DNA of 64,000 bases from Yuukianura sp. NJ FZ-2021 (GCA_046563655.1 CM102286.1:558001-622000); one strand, 5' to 3'; positions 38,737 to 51,450 are shown, numbered from the stretch's first letter. Notes: generated by a model from the letters alone, not told the origin. Translations and numbers: made by a program.

Positions 38737-40781
38737 TTCAAAATTTTCTCTAAATCCAAACTTTTGATTCAGTTTTTTTGAAGACTTTGTTCCACCCGTT
38801 TTCGCTACTTTTTTGCAGCTTCCCAAATCAATTTTTTTTCAAAATCGAATTTTTGAGTAGAAATCACTTTCTGATAGCTTCACTTCGAACAGAGTTTTTT
38901 TTTTTTTGAAAAATTCACATTTTTAACTACCGTTGCTTATTCACTGTTGTTCTAAACTAGTGTTTAAAAATTTGTTAACGCAGATCAACTTAAGCTAGCG
39001 TCCTGCCTCCCCTACGCTCTGTCAAGAACTGAAGATGAACACGAGTGTCGGAGAAGCAAAAACTGCGATGAGGGATGAAGTGAAAGCAAAAAAAAACTCA
39101 ACCATTCACAACAAAAAAATACACAAATAAGTGTATGTGCACTAAAAAGTACTATAAAATAGTATACTAAAAATACAATAAGTCAGATTCCAATTCATTT
39201 TCAAACTCAACACAAAATTTCTTGATGATCCTCGTTAACCCGTTCCTTCTTCAGTTAAAACTACCGCGCTTACTTAATAACTCACTCTACTTGTGTCTCT
39301 CAACCACTAAATTTTCTAAACAAGGTCTGTTTTTAAAAAATACGAAAGTATGACATTTTGGAAGATAAAAACGTAAATTATGAACTGTGTGGAGTAATAA
39401 CGATAACGAAATTGGCCTCCACAAGTCATAAGATACTGCCCCTCCTTAACTTCCAAATGTTGAAATCCTTGTTAAAAAAAAAGTTGAAAAGTTAAAATTT
39501 CAACCCTCCTCAAACCGTGTAGCATTTGGGTGGAATTCCTTTGGATAATTGACGTTCCTCAGGCACTTCTTCTCTGTCAGGGTGGCATCTTAAGGGGGTG
39601 TGCAGCCACTTATTACACAATCATTTCAATTTCAAAATTTCAAAAGTTGTTTGTTTTTCAACATTTAATGACTGGTTTTAACAATTTTTGATCAACAACA
39701 ATTTCACATTCACGAGTCATGTTAAAAACTTGCTTAACAGGTTGTTTTCAGTATGGGTAGAATTTGATGTTTTAATTTTTAAAATTTCAAGTTTTACTGC
39801 CTCACATTCTTTAGTTTTTAGTCTAGAAATTTTATGCAAACTAATTTTGTGACAATTTTTTTGAAAATGGGCTCCACATCTGATTCTCATTTGAATTTTT
39901 TCATTTTTGACGAAAGTTGTAAAAGACGTTACAACGAACAGCACTTTTCACTTTTGCAATAAAATGAAACCGAAATGTCTTTTTCAATTTTCGGCTTTAA
40001 GAAGCAAGTTTAAACTTTTTTGAAAAAGTCGTCGAGAGAAGAACAGTTTTTTAAACATGTCTGTGTTTTGGATTTCCAGTTTTGCAAGTTTTTTCAAAAA
40101 CAGTTGTTGTTCCAGTTGGATTCAATTAATCATTGAAGTCGTTTTCAAAATAAAAAAATGTCACAGTCTCCTTTTTTGGATTTCCACTCTGCTACAATTA
40201 AATTCAAAATGACAGAAATGGTAACTGCAACATTTTCTAACTAACACCACGCCCAAGCAAAATAAAATTTTGGTTTTACTGCTTCTTTTATTTGAATTTT
40301 TTTAGTTTGAAGAAGTCTTCTTCTGTTTTATGAATTAGAAGATAATGACGACACTCATTTGTGTAAAATTTACGCCAAGTCATAACTCCTAAGTGCCCTC
40401 CGCCCTCGAAATGACGAGAAGACATTTCAAAGTTGAGCGCTAAAAATTATTTTTTGGTTTGCGTGCTGCCAAACGAAAGTGTGGAAGTTCGGTTTTTTGA
40501 CTTTTGACTGTAAGTGTCTCCTGTCAAAAGCAGAAAGAAAAATCATAAGGACTAAAAATTAAGTTCAAATGTAAAATTTTTAAAGAGCGCGGACTAAAAC
40601 TTGTTCAAGGTTATTTTTCTAAAATCCGCCTGGAGAGAATTTTTTTTCACAAAAACTACCAAAAATTGCACTTTCACATAAAAAAAACTCCACAAGTAAA
40701 CACAAATTGTGTTTAAAAAAATCGGCAATTTTCAAAATTCTAAAATCGCAACACATTTTTTTTTCTGTGAGTAGAGTAGAT

Positions 40782-41558
40782 GGTTCCAGGTCATAACCGA
40801 CAATCCAAAAATCGACAATCCAATAATCGACAATCAATAATCGACAATTTCAAAAATCGACAATCCTTTAAGCGACAATCCTAAAATCGACAATTTCAAA
40901 AATCGACAATTTTAAAAATCGACAATTCCAAAATCGACAATTCTAAAATCGACAATGTCATAAATCGACAATCCCAAAACCGACAATTCCAATATTGATA
41001 GAAACCAGAAAGCAGTCTAACGGAAAAATTTTACTATCGCGGTGCTGAACACGAATATGCAATCAGATTTGTGTAGTTTCGCCAGACAACATGGTTATGA
41101 TTTTTTGAAATTTTGAAGTTTTTCTAACCCAGACTTATGTAGACAAACCCTACAGACGTAATCACTATTGTCTGCTTTACCAAACCTATCGCCGCGCCTA
41201 CGGCGCGGTACCGCATGCTAAGCTAGCCATACTTCATCAGTACTGCCAGTTGTGTCACTATAGCCAAACTTATAGAATACAACCTTCAACATACAGCGGA
41301 CGATGGTAAAATTTTTCCGTTAGATTGCGTTCTGGTTTCTAGTAATATTGGAATTGTCGGTTTTAGGATTGTCGATTTTTGACATTGTCGATTTTAGAAT
41401 TGTCGATTTTGGAATTGTCGATTTTTAAAATTGTCGATTTTTGAAATTGTCGATTTTAGGATTGTCGCTTAAAGGATTGTCGATTTTTGAAATTGTCGAT
41501 TATTGATTGTCGATTATTGGATTGTCGATTTTTGGATTGTCGGTTATGACCTGCTACG
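40782..41558. mobile_element. Foldback/MULE-type non-autonomous element with ~250-bp TIRs built of AAAATCGACAAT subrepeats
   Basis: Arms 40787-41038 and 41301-41553 are near-perfect inverted repeats. Direct repeat GAGTAGAT(G) at 40774 and 41559 gives an 8-9 bp TSD. Central GC hairpin CCGCGCCTACGGCGCGG. Confidence 0.88.
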
Positions 41559-42754
41559 GAGTAGATGCTTAAGAGGTGTGCTTTTTGAGTGTCCGCGGTT
41601 TGTTGAAGCGTCTTTTTTCTTCCTGTACTAAAAAATGTTGTTAATTTTTTGAACTCATCATTGTCATCATCACATCATCTTAGGAAGGAACAAAAAAAAA
41701 CAGACGTAACATAGTTGGCCAAGGAACTGTCAGTTTTCAAAATTTACAAAAAAAAAAAAAAAGTTCAAAAGACGCATCCGGTTTTTCGGTTGACATCGTT
41801 TCTTGTTCTAAATGAACCTGCTTACTCAAACCACATTTTCCGCTTTTGCTTTTCAAATTCTCAAGAGACTTCGTACGAATTTTAAAAACTTTGGAACCAT
41901 AAAATACAATTTTAGAATTTTTCACAGCTGCTGAAAGAAAAACAATATTTTTCAAACCAAACTATTTTGCTAAGACTTTGAATACCCCCAAGGGCTTTCA
42001 CTAATTTTGACTTGTGAGATGCAAAAAGGTATAAAAGTTTGTTTTAAATAAACTAAAAGCTGCAAAAATCTGGCTTCTATTTTCCAAATTAACACTGAGT
42101 TCAAAATTTTCAGAATTTGCAATACCCTAACATACATAGACCATAAAATGAAAGCAAAAAAAATTTCTTGGCCTAAATTAACAACCGGCGTCACAAATTG
42201 TTGGACTCAATTAAAAATTACACAAAAATCAACAGATTTCAATTCCTCGAAACGTTCAAAACTAAAAAAAACTTCATTTGAATTATTGAACGGAAGTTGT
42301 CAATAATAACAAAAAACTAACTCTTTAAACCATTCAGATTTCGAAATTTTTGTTGACATTTTAGTAAGACAAATTGATTTTGTAATGACGAGAAGAAGAT
42401 CTCAATTTCAATTGATCCAGAAGTAAAAATTTTAAAAATTGGAGAGACGTGCTGCTGCTATTTTTATTTTGAGAAGATGACAAAGTGAAAGCTTTGTGGG
42501 GTGACTTTAGCGCCACAACTTAATCTTTCTTGAACTTCAATTTTTTCTTCATCTCTTGACACGAAGTCTAAACTGATTCATTTTTCACTCAAAAATCAAC
42601 ATAGAATTTCCAAATTTGGTTTGCATTCAACAGTTTTTACTGTCGGGAGGGTTGAGATGGAAAATAAATATTTTGCTACAAAATGCATCTAAAAATGATT
42701 TATGTTTAACATAAAATGATAATAATATATATAATATTTCAATTCTATTTGTGA

Positions 42755-44046
42755 CTACTGTGACTCAAGGAGGAGTGTGATGACCCAACCTGATGCAGAT
42801 TTGAAAACGCCCAACGTCGTAGCATTGCTGAGAGTCATCCAAGGACCAACGTGGAACGCCATTGGTCGGAGAGATCTGACGAAAGCCTTGTCGTGTTTTG
42901 ATTGGTGCTTGGACTCCCGCACTGACCGAGCGTAGTTCATAGATGCCTCTGCGATTCTTGTAGTATAGCGACCAATCAGAATGATGGTAACGGCCACCCC
43001 TACGGTTGCCATGGCTAATGCTACAATTACGCTGATGGTGACGACACGCCAGAGTGTCACAGAGGCGTAGACTAGCAGCACGAGGGTAACCGTTGCAGAG
43101 ATACAAATAAGCGGCGTTAGGCTATTGACTACAGCTGACTCAAGACAGGCGTGGTACAAATGATACGCTCTTGTGTTCAATTGCAACTTTCTGTCAGTAG
43201 ATGGCGCCGTTGTTCCATTTCTAAATTAAATGTCAAATTCCAAAATTCCTGAAAGTCAAAATTTTAAAATCTTAATACTTTTAAAAAGTTACCGAACATT
43301 GAGGTTCATCCATTTGACAATGCTGTTGGGATAGATGAGGAATGCCAATGACATCGTGTAGAATAACACCATGTCAGGTACGATGTGGCATGTAACTGCA
43401 ACGGCAAATGCGAAGAGATGTTTTGGAATGAATACGCGCAGAATCCAAGTGATGTGGACACAGAGGTCAAGGTACAAGTGGACAGCAGGGGTCAACAAGG
43501 TCAAGAAAAAAATACATCCGAAGGCCACCAAAATTAGCACCGCCACCAGTCCACGACTGTCCACATTCATTTGGTTCAGTTTATGAACTGTCACTGCCGA
43601 ATCAAGCCAAATAAGTTTCGTAATTCTGATTAAAATTTAATAAATGACAAAAATGTTTTTTTTTTTCATGTTGGCTTACTTTGATTTTGGTTGAGAGCAA
43701 AGTAGGAATTGCATATGAAGGAAATTTGTTGTTGCCTTGAAGGAATTGCAACGACGATGCGCATGATCAGTGTTGCCGATAGACCGCAAATTATAACTAG
43801 TGCCATAATTTTTTCATAAGTCGGAATAGGCTGGACAATGACCAAGGTCAAAATAGTGTACAAAATGAATTGAAGTTTCGTAAAAATTGAAACTGTCGAA
43901 ACAAGAGTAAAGAAATCCCGAAAATATGTGGACTGGATTAGCCGCAATTGTTTTGTTTTTTGGTTCCATTCAAATGGAGCACAACCCAAAAAATTTCCAA
44001 TTTTGACTGCAACGGCAATAATTCTAAAGGTATTGTCTGAAATCAT
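42755..44046 (-). CDS. Gustatory/odorant-receptor-like 7TM chemoreceptor (~377 aa)
   Basis: Exons 44046-43680, 43593-43293 and 43220-42755 are in frame. Multiple TM helices, N-terminal GCAPFEWN and C-terminal RSLRPMAFHVG...GWVITLLL. Confidence 0.7.
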
Positions 44047-44631
44047 GCTCAAAATAACAAGAAACAATACACTTTGAAAAAGGTTTAGGATTTTTCAAAA
44101 TTCTAACGTTATCTGACTCTTTTGAATTTTTGTTTCAAAATGGATTCACATATTTTTTTTCCCAGAGCGTCTTTTATGTTGACGTGTTTTATCATAACTT
44201 TTGCCTCAAACATGAACCTCGGACACACAAATTTGATGACATAAATGAAATGTTCATTTCTAACACACCCATATTTTTAAATTTTCAGCGAAAACCATCC
44301 GATTAGCAACTAGAATCGAACAAAAATATAATTTTTTAAACAAATTTTTGTCTTTGAAGTCGACAGAAAAAAAAACTCTCTGTTTTTGGAAACTATAAAA
44401 CAGGATTCTGGGTTTGCCTAATTCTTGTAAAAGGCAGGACATTTTCAGTTATAGAACAAAGGAATCATTGTTTTCTAATATTTTGAAAACAAGAAAACTA
44501 CTTTTTTTTTTCAAAGAAGTTGGATTTTGATGCTAATCTGTTTTGAAAAAAGAAAAAGGTCAAACTACGGGATTATACACTCAGGTCAATTTTGTTTTTA
44601 AACGGTGACCTTAAACTTGGAAAAAGGCAGC

Positions 44632-44668
44632 TATAAAAGCAAATGCTGCTGCAAACAACTGATCAGTT
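44632..44668 (+). promoter_or_regulatory. TATA box + Initiator upstream of the coactosin-like gene
   Basis: TATAAAAG at 44632 and TCAGTT at 44663, a ~31-nt spacing typical of arthropod core promoters. Confidence 0.6.
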
Positions 44669-44787
44669 GCTTTTGAACTTTTTGAAGTCGAAAAAACCTT
44701 ACTACCAGACACCGAACATTATTTTCTTCAAAAAAAAAACATTTTTTAAATTTGCTTTAAAGTAGTTTTCATTTTGAATTTTGAAAA

Positions 44788-45519
44788 ATGGAGTCGTGGA
44801 TTTTTCTGACTCTGCTTTTGGCTGGGTCGTCTGGAGTCCAAGTCGTCCAAGGTTCTTTGTCACTCGACAATGAATCAGAACTGAGAGAGGCACAGGCTGC
44901 GCTTTTCAATTCCAATTCAAACCAAGGATGGTAAAAACACAACAAAAGTTTATAATTTTTGAAATTTTTCATTTTTTTATGAAATTTTAATAAATTTTAG
45001 GGTACTTTTGGATTATACTGGACCGTCAACAGTTCGTTTTTCTAACGCCGGAGAAGGCACTACCTCTGAATTTGTCGATAGGCTAGAAGGCGAGTAAACT
45101 CTGTTTCAACTTTACCTTCAAAATTTTTAATTCTCACTTCCAAATTTTTTTTTCCATTTTAGATGACCAAGTTCAGTATGTGTTGGTGCGTTTGCCGATT
45201 CAAGGAAAGCCAAAACGGGACATCTTTATTGAATGGATTGGTAAGAGTTGAATGACCTTTGACCTCTTGTTTCCGATGACGAATGTTCTTTTAAAACTGT
45301 GAATTTTTTGAGTGTAAATTTACTTTTACCGTAACTCTTCCATTTGTAGGACCATCCGTTGGCATTATAGAGAAGGGGAAGAAATCAGGGTGGCTGGGCG
45401 ATGCGCAGTCGATACTTCAACCATTTCATGCTGCTGTGACAGTACTCAACCGGGACAATTTAAACGATGAAACTTTGGCAGAAAAGTCAAATCCGTCTGG
45501 GTCCATGGTCATCGACTAA
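44788..45519 (+). CDS. Secreted ADF-H/coactosin-like protein (159 aa)
   Basis: Exons 44788-44930, 45001-45089 (GC donor), 45163-45240 and 45350-45519. Signal MESWIFLTLLLAGSSG, then GWVLLDY...GEG..EFVDRLEDDQVQYVLVR...DIFIEWIGPSVGIIEKGK, the coactosin/drebrin-type ADF-H pattern. Confidence 0.8.
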
Positions 45520-46374
45520 ATTTTGAAAATACCAACGTCTCCCGCCAGTCTCAACTAATTTAAACTAATTTTTCAACTTCATAATCATTTTGCATTCGGA
45601 AAATAAAAATTCTTCAAAATTAAAACACATTCAAAAAAATTCGTGAGGTCCATACATTTTTTTCATCTTTCGTTCTATTGGTTTCCATTGGTCGTTTATT
45701 GGTTCATTTTTCGTTCTTTTTTTCCCCAAAAGTTTCACAAAATTTGTGAAACTGAACGTTGGTCTTACTAATTCGTAAGAAACTGTTAAAAATTCTCAAA
45801 AGTGTCAATTTCTGTTCAAAAATTTTCTTCTTCACTTGTATTTTCCACAACAGTTTTTGAAACAAAGGGGATTGGATCCACCATGTAAAAGTTTTTCAAC
45901 AAAAACCTATTATTCGATTTTAAAAAGGTTTAAAATTTTAGGGATGATTTCATGTTCGAGGCTTTTACAGTTTTTCACATCTTAAAATTTTAACACAATT
46001 TGAAACAAGAATTCAAAAATGTTTAAGCCCCATCACCTGTGCTTTCAATTTGATTGTCCTTTTCGCTTTTTGTCTAGACTACTTCACATAAAGGTTTGAA
46101 ATTCTGAATTTAGCTTTAAGTACCGCAAATCTTTCAGAAATAGCTTCCGTTTTCTCACCTCCATTTTCAAAATGTTTTTGGAATTATGAAAAGGTCGATG
46201 CACTTTGAGGATGCTAATTGAACTTTCAAACCGTTTCGTTTCCCGTTCTAAACACGTACGATTTGGTATATAAGAGGAGCGGTGAAGACTGGACTTTATT
46301 CAATCCGAATTCAAAAATTTTCTCAACTACGTTTTTCAATTCTGCGGTTTTTTGAAACTTTTTCTGAAACCAAA

Positions 46375-48029
46375 ATGCTTGCAAAAATTATTTTTGTTGG
46401 TTTGTTTTTACAATGTCTGGCAACCGCCACTGAAGTTTCTGCTAAAGGTAAAGAAAAAATTCTGAAGTATTTGCAAATTCAAGTAAAATTTCAGTTTTTC
46501 AAAAAAAAAACTTAAAATGTTTGTAGAATCTGTGCAAGCCCCATCCCCAGCTAAAACTGAAGTTCCAGTTGCTGTTGAAGTCAAAGGTAAAAAAAAAACA
46601 ATTGATTGCTTTTTTCAAAAATTGTCAAAAGTAAAACTTTCAAAATTTTAATGTTTTCAAAAATTTTTTTCCAGAAACCGAGGAAAAGGAAACGCTTGAA
46701 ACTGCTGAAACTAAAGAAACCGCTTCCGGTGCTGAGCGTACACACGGCAGTTTCCTCCTGAACATTCTTCAAGGTCATCGGCCTCAAAAACCAACCGACT
46801 TAACTCAAAATCAACAAGATTTTGGCGCCAAAATTCAAACCGAAGACGAACAAAATTACTCGCAAGACTTTTTCGTCGTTACTGCCATCTTCAACCCAGC
46901 TTCCTACCAGTCTCGCTACGCCCTCTACCAGGACTTTGCCAAACACATTGAAGAAAGCGGTGCTCAACTGATCACAATCGAAGCCATTTTCCCCAGTTTA
47001 GGTCAAACTGAGTTCAAGGTCACTCAGAAAGACAATCCACTTCACTTTCAACTCACTTCCGATTCGGTTTATTGGGTCAAAGAAGATTTGATCAACGTTG
47101 CAGTTTCTCGACTTCCACCAAATGCACGCTGGGTGGCATGGCTTGATGCTGACATTTACTTTCACCATCCAAACTGGATAGCAGAAACAGTTTCTGCACT
47201 GGAGAGACACACCGTTGTTCAAATGTTCAAATACGCTCACTTTTTAAACGCCGAAGGCGAAATTCTTCGAACAGACTACTCTTTTGGCTACTCTTTGGTT
47301 CATGGTAAGCCGTTGCTTGGATTTAAACAAGATGATTGGTACCCGCATCCAGGCTATGGCTGGGCCATGTCGGTTGAAAATTTCAAAAAAATTGGCGGGC
47401 TTCCGGCCTACGACATAGTTGGAGGTGGAGACCTCTACTTTGCCTACACTTTGGTCAATCACATGTCAGATGTCATTGAAAAAGACTTTGATGAAGACTA
47501 CAAACAACGAATGAGAGAAGAGTCAGAGAAAACGTACAAACTACTTGTCGACATTTCTGCTGCCGATGAAAAGACTGTCGCCGGATTTGTTCCGGTTTCA
47601 ATCAGTCATCGGTGGCATGGAGCCAGAAAAGACCGAGGGTATGTCGACCGACTCAACATTTTGATTGCTCATGACTTCAATTACTTCAAAGACATGACCC
47701 GAGAAAGTACCGGTTTGCTTCGGTTCGGAAACGATACGGTTTCACTGCAACAAGACGTTCGTTGTTACTTTGAAAACCGGAATGAAGATGACATGAAAGC
47801 AGAGAAGTCGGAATGTCATTCTAACGACTACTTGTTGTACCTTAAGAGTTTGGTCGTGAGTCCAACGGCTAATGCTAATGCTGTTTGCAACTGCGGACAA
47901 CAACCACATTCTAACGCTGAACCAGGGCACTACTATGGTAAACAATACACTTACTACACTACGCAGAATTACCACAATGTCCTCGACACCAAGGCTTTGG
48001 AAGCAATCGTCAAACTTATCAAAAACTAA
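46375..48029 (+). CDS. Secreted GT-A-fold glycosyltransferase-like protein (~495 aa), bacterial/giant-virus-like family
   Basis: Exons 46375-46447 (signal), 46527-46586 and 46675-48029 are in frame. Motifs FNPASYQSRY, WVKEDLIN, VAWLDADI (DxD), VVQMF, HPGYGWA, GGGD, HRWHG and YFENRNED. TATA box at ~46268. Confidence 0.8.
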
Positions 48030-48370
48030 TTAACTTTTAGCAATTCAGTTTAATCTGATATTTTTAACAATTTTTCAAAATTTTCCAAATATTTATTTGA
48101 CGTGTTTATCATTTATTGTTTTTTATTTTTTTGTAATATTTATGAATTTCTATTCACTTGAAACATTTTTAAGAAATAAACTTCTTGAATTCTAACGCAG
48201 ATGGCGCCGATCTTTTTTAAGCAGATTTAAATTTTATTTCTTTTTCACACTTTTCATTTTTCGTTTAATTTTTCGTAATTTTGCTTTTCAATTTTTTGGA
48301 TTAATAAATTTTTTAATTAGGTTAGCATCACAATGATTTTTCGTCAGAATTGTCGTGACGTTTTCCCGCG

Positions 48371-48630
48371 TCACTTTCTTCCAACGCAAACCCATCTGCC
48401 GTCTTGCCATTTGCAAGTGGGCGGAGTGTTGCATCCGGTACAACCATTTTGGTCACATCGGCAACCTTTAAAATTTTAAATTTTTTAATTGTGGTTTTTG
48501 GAATTAAGAAATTTCATGCTTTCAGAGTGTAAGTTTGACCTGTGACCTTACCTTCAACTTCGTAGACAACTGCAGCCACAACAATAAGAGCAAGGACAAA
48601 CAAAACTAAAAAACGGTGTACAAATGACAT
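48371..48630 (-). CDS. Secreted 6-Cys peptide A (57-aa precursor; predicted mature CRCDQNGCTGCNTPPTCKWQDGRWVCV-amide)
   Basis: Exons 48630-48552 (signal) and 48465-48371, phase-1 GT-AG intron, ends GRK*. TATA at ~48721. A conserved paralog lies at 54867-55132. Confidence 0.88.
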
Positions 48631-48762
48631 CGTGTAGTTTGAATTTGAGTTTTGTAGATTTAAAATTACAAAAATGTAAATATCACAATTGGATTAACTA
48701 GTTTGAATTTTGGAAGTGTATTTATATGAAGCGCTTTTCCGGTTTGAGGTAGTTTAGTGTAG

Positions 48763-48772
48763 TGGTTTTCCC
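48763..48772 (-). promoter_or_regulatory. Dorsal/NF-kB-type site GGGAAAACCA ~40 bp upstream of the peptide A TATA box
   Basis: TGGTTTTCCC on + matches GGGWWWWCCM on -. Function is not demonstrated. Confidence 0.4.
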
Positions 48773-48983
48773 GCTTTTAAACACACTTTTAAAAATGGCA
48801 AAAGTTTCCTGTATGTTACTTGGAACTTCCGGTTAGTTTAAATTTCTTAAGACTTTTATACAACTGTAGTCGTACTGTACAAAAATATTTTTTAGCTTAA
48901 TTTATATCTAAGGTTGTGTTAAATAAATATGGTTTAGTTAAAGTGATTCACAAATTATTTCCATTTTGATGAATCTGCAACAC

Positions 48984-49367
48984 TCACGGAAAGATGAAGT
49001 CTCCTGGATACATTCCTGTCATTTAAAAACTTTTTTAGAAAATCACTTTGTTAACAAATTAGTTTTGACCTGAGTTTTGAAATTTCAACATTACGTTTTC
49101 GATTTCGATGGCTGTCCATGAACGGATCTTTGTTTTCAACAACCCATGCATTTTCTTCTATTTCGCTGTAAATGATTGGATCCAACACCTCAAAAGATTA
49201 GTTAAATGTTTTCACCTTTTTGAAAAAAACTGAATCCAACAAAGACTTTAATAATTTAAAAACCGCTAAAAACTTACCACTGGAAAATTGTTAAACAACC
49301 TGCGAAAACTTTCTACATTTGTCATAACCAAACTAAGAAATCCAAAAACTAGGAATATTTTGACCAT
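48984..49367 (-). CDS. Small secreted precursor (68 aa) with RNRKR site and C-terminal MYPGDFIFP
   Basis: Exons 49367-49278, 49229-49216 (14-nt micro-exon), 49165-49095 and 49015-48984, all GT-AG and in frame. Signal MVKIFLVFGFLSLVMTNVES. Confidence 0.6.
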
Positions 49368-50363
49368 TATGTAAAAAATTTAAAGTTATGATAAAATTTT
49401 TTCCAAAACCATTATGAAAAACTTATGTAACTTATGGAAACTTTTGTAATTAATTAAAAGTAGTTTCCAAATACAATCCTCTAATTTCTTGTTTCAACAA
49501 TAGAATTACTGGTCCCTTCTGCTCGAGTTTTATTTCAAACGAAGTAAAATGACGTTCGCTTAGCACACGAACAATTTTAACAATAGATAATTTAAATTTA
49601 AGACAATGGTTAACCTTGAAAATTTAGCCATGCAGTTAGTAACTGTGATTCACATGGTAATGTGGGTCAGGAAGTCAAATTCATCGAAAAAAAATTCGGA
49701 TTCCACTTAAAGAGTTGTGAAATTGTTCACTTACTCATAATTTGTTTTACTGATTTGATTAAATCTAACCAGACTGTACAAATTTTGAAATTACGAGCCA
49801 AAAAAAGATAATTTTTTAGAACTTGGATACAATCACAATAGCGTTGGATATCAACACTCTAAACAGCGTCATTTCCTGTCACCTACTCAAAATATGTTTA
49901 ACCATTTCTAAAATTCAAGTGCACACAACAACTAAACCCCAAAATCTCGAAATTCAAATCAAAATCCAAAATTTCGAATCCAAAAATGCGTTCTGCATAA
50001 AACGAAGTGTTTCTAAAACGAATTGAATTTTGACCATGGAATGAGTGAATGTTGTTTAGAGTTGGATTTTTGTGGACCATATGATAGATTACAGAATCTG
50101 TAGATAAAGATTAGAAGACTAAAGTTATGTAGGTACATAATATTTTTCAAAACATGACTAATTTTTTGGACGTGACAGATACAACAGTTTTTAGTGTAAT
50201 TTCGAATTATCAGTTGTCAATCACAAAGTTTGGCTGCGGTGAAGAATTAAAAGTTAGCAAAGAAATAAACTATAAAAGTGAAAGTCATTTTACAACAAAA
50301 ATTCCAAACTTGTGCCAACTTCAAAAAAAACTGTTTTAAAAAGAATTTCCAAAAATAAAAACA

Positions 50364-50832
50364 ATGGCCATCAAGTCCACCATCTTCATTCTTGCTCTCG
50401 TTTCTATCCTGGGCTCTGGTTACGGTAACTTAACATTTAAAAACTGTTCGGCTTAGTTCAAAAACCTTCCTTCTAAATTGAGTAAATATTGAATTAATTT
50501 TAAACTGAATTGATTCAATAGCTTTGCAATGCTACCAGTGTTTCTTCAACTGCTCCGACGTTGCGACCAATACGCCCAAGCAAACGTGCATCGGTAACAC
50601 TGATGATGGATGGGGCTGCGCCAAAACTTTTGTTATTGTTAACGGTGAGCACAAGGCAAGGACCCGATCATGCAGTTTCGTAAGTGACGACATGCTCAGA
50701 TGGTGCGGTGAAGAAGACGGCATTGGAACTTGCCACTGCAGGGGAGACTTGTGCAACTCTGCTTCATCCGTAACGCTCAATGTCGCCATGGCCCTTGCAC
50801 CACTCCTCCCCTGTCTTAAATACTACTTCTAA
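50364..50832 (+). CDS. Ly6/uPAR three-finger (quiver-like) protein, probably GPI-anchored, copy 1
   Basis: Signal exon 50364-50424 plus exon 50522-50832. LQCYQC...CHCRGDLCNSA followed by a hydrophobic tail. Confidence 0.88.
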
Positions 50833-51299
50833 AATAGTTCACTCACAACTTCAAGAAATACAACACACTGCTGTTATTCACTTAAAAAATGATGAAAATA
50901 TAAAATTTGTATATGTTGGAATGAATAAAACAATAAAAATTTTCCCACCGGACATCATCTCACAGACGTGTTTCTACTATAATCTCAAATTGTTCAATAA
51001 CCTTTTCAACCCACATTTTGTGGGTGTAAGTGTTAAAAGAATTTAGATATTAAAAAAAATTGAATAGACGAGATATACATTACATTGCTGTGGAACCGAA
51101 CAATTCATACAACGATGTTTCTTAAAAATATTAGGTTTTTTAAAGCAGAGTTTTTTGTGTCAGTGCTTTACTACGGAAAAATTGGGTAACCCTGAGGGCA
51201 AGGTTCCTATAGCAACAAAATAGAATTAACAGTTTAGGCAATAAGTCCCGATAGCAACAAAATAGAATTAACAGGTTAGGAATTTGAGGAATTTTTTGA

Positions 51300-51450
51300 T
51301 CTGCTGATGTGTTTACGTTGCTGATGTGTTTGACATGCTTATGTCTTTCCTGCTTATGTGTTTCGTGCTGATGTGTTTGCATTGCTTATGTCTTTCTTGC
51401 TTATGTGTTTGGTGCTGATGTCTTTTCTGCTTATGTCTTTTTTCTGATGT
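51300..51450. repeat. Short-period (~16-18 bp) tandem array GCT(G/T)ATGT(G/C)TTT
   Basis: About nine degenerate units. It produces the spurious ORF 51140-51382. Confidence 0.8.

Noticed and set aside
40787..41553. AAAATCGACAAT array as a CRISPR-like or coding repeat
   Set aside because: The units are subrepeats of inverted arms bounded by a TSD, i.e. a transposon structure.
43600..43680. Apparent frameshift in the GR-like gene using the acceptor at 43626
   Set aside because: A downstream acceptor (exon starting 43593) restores the frame, so the gene can be intact.
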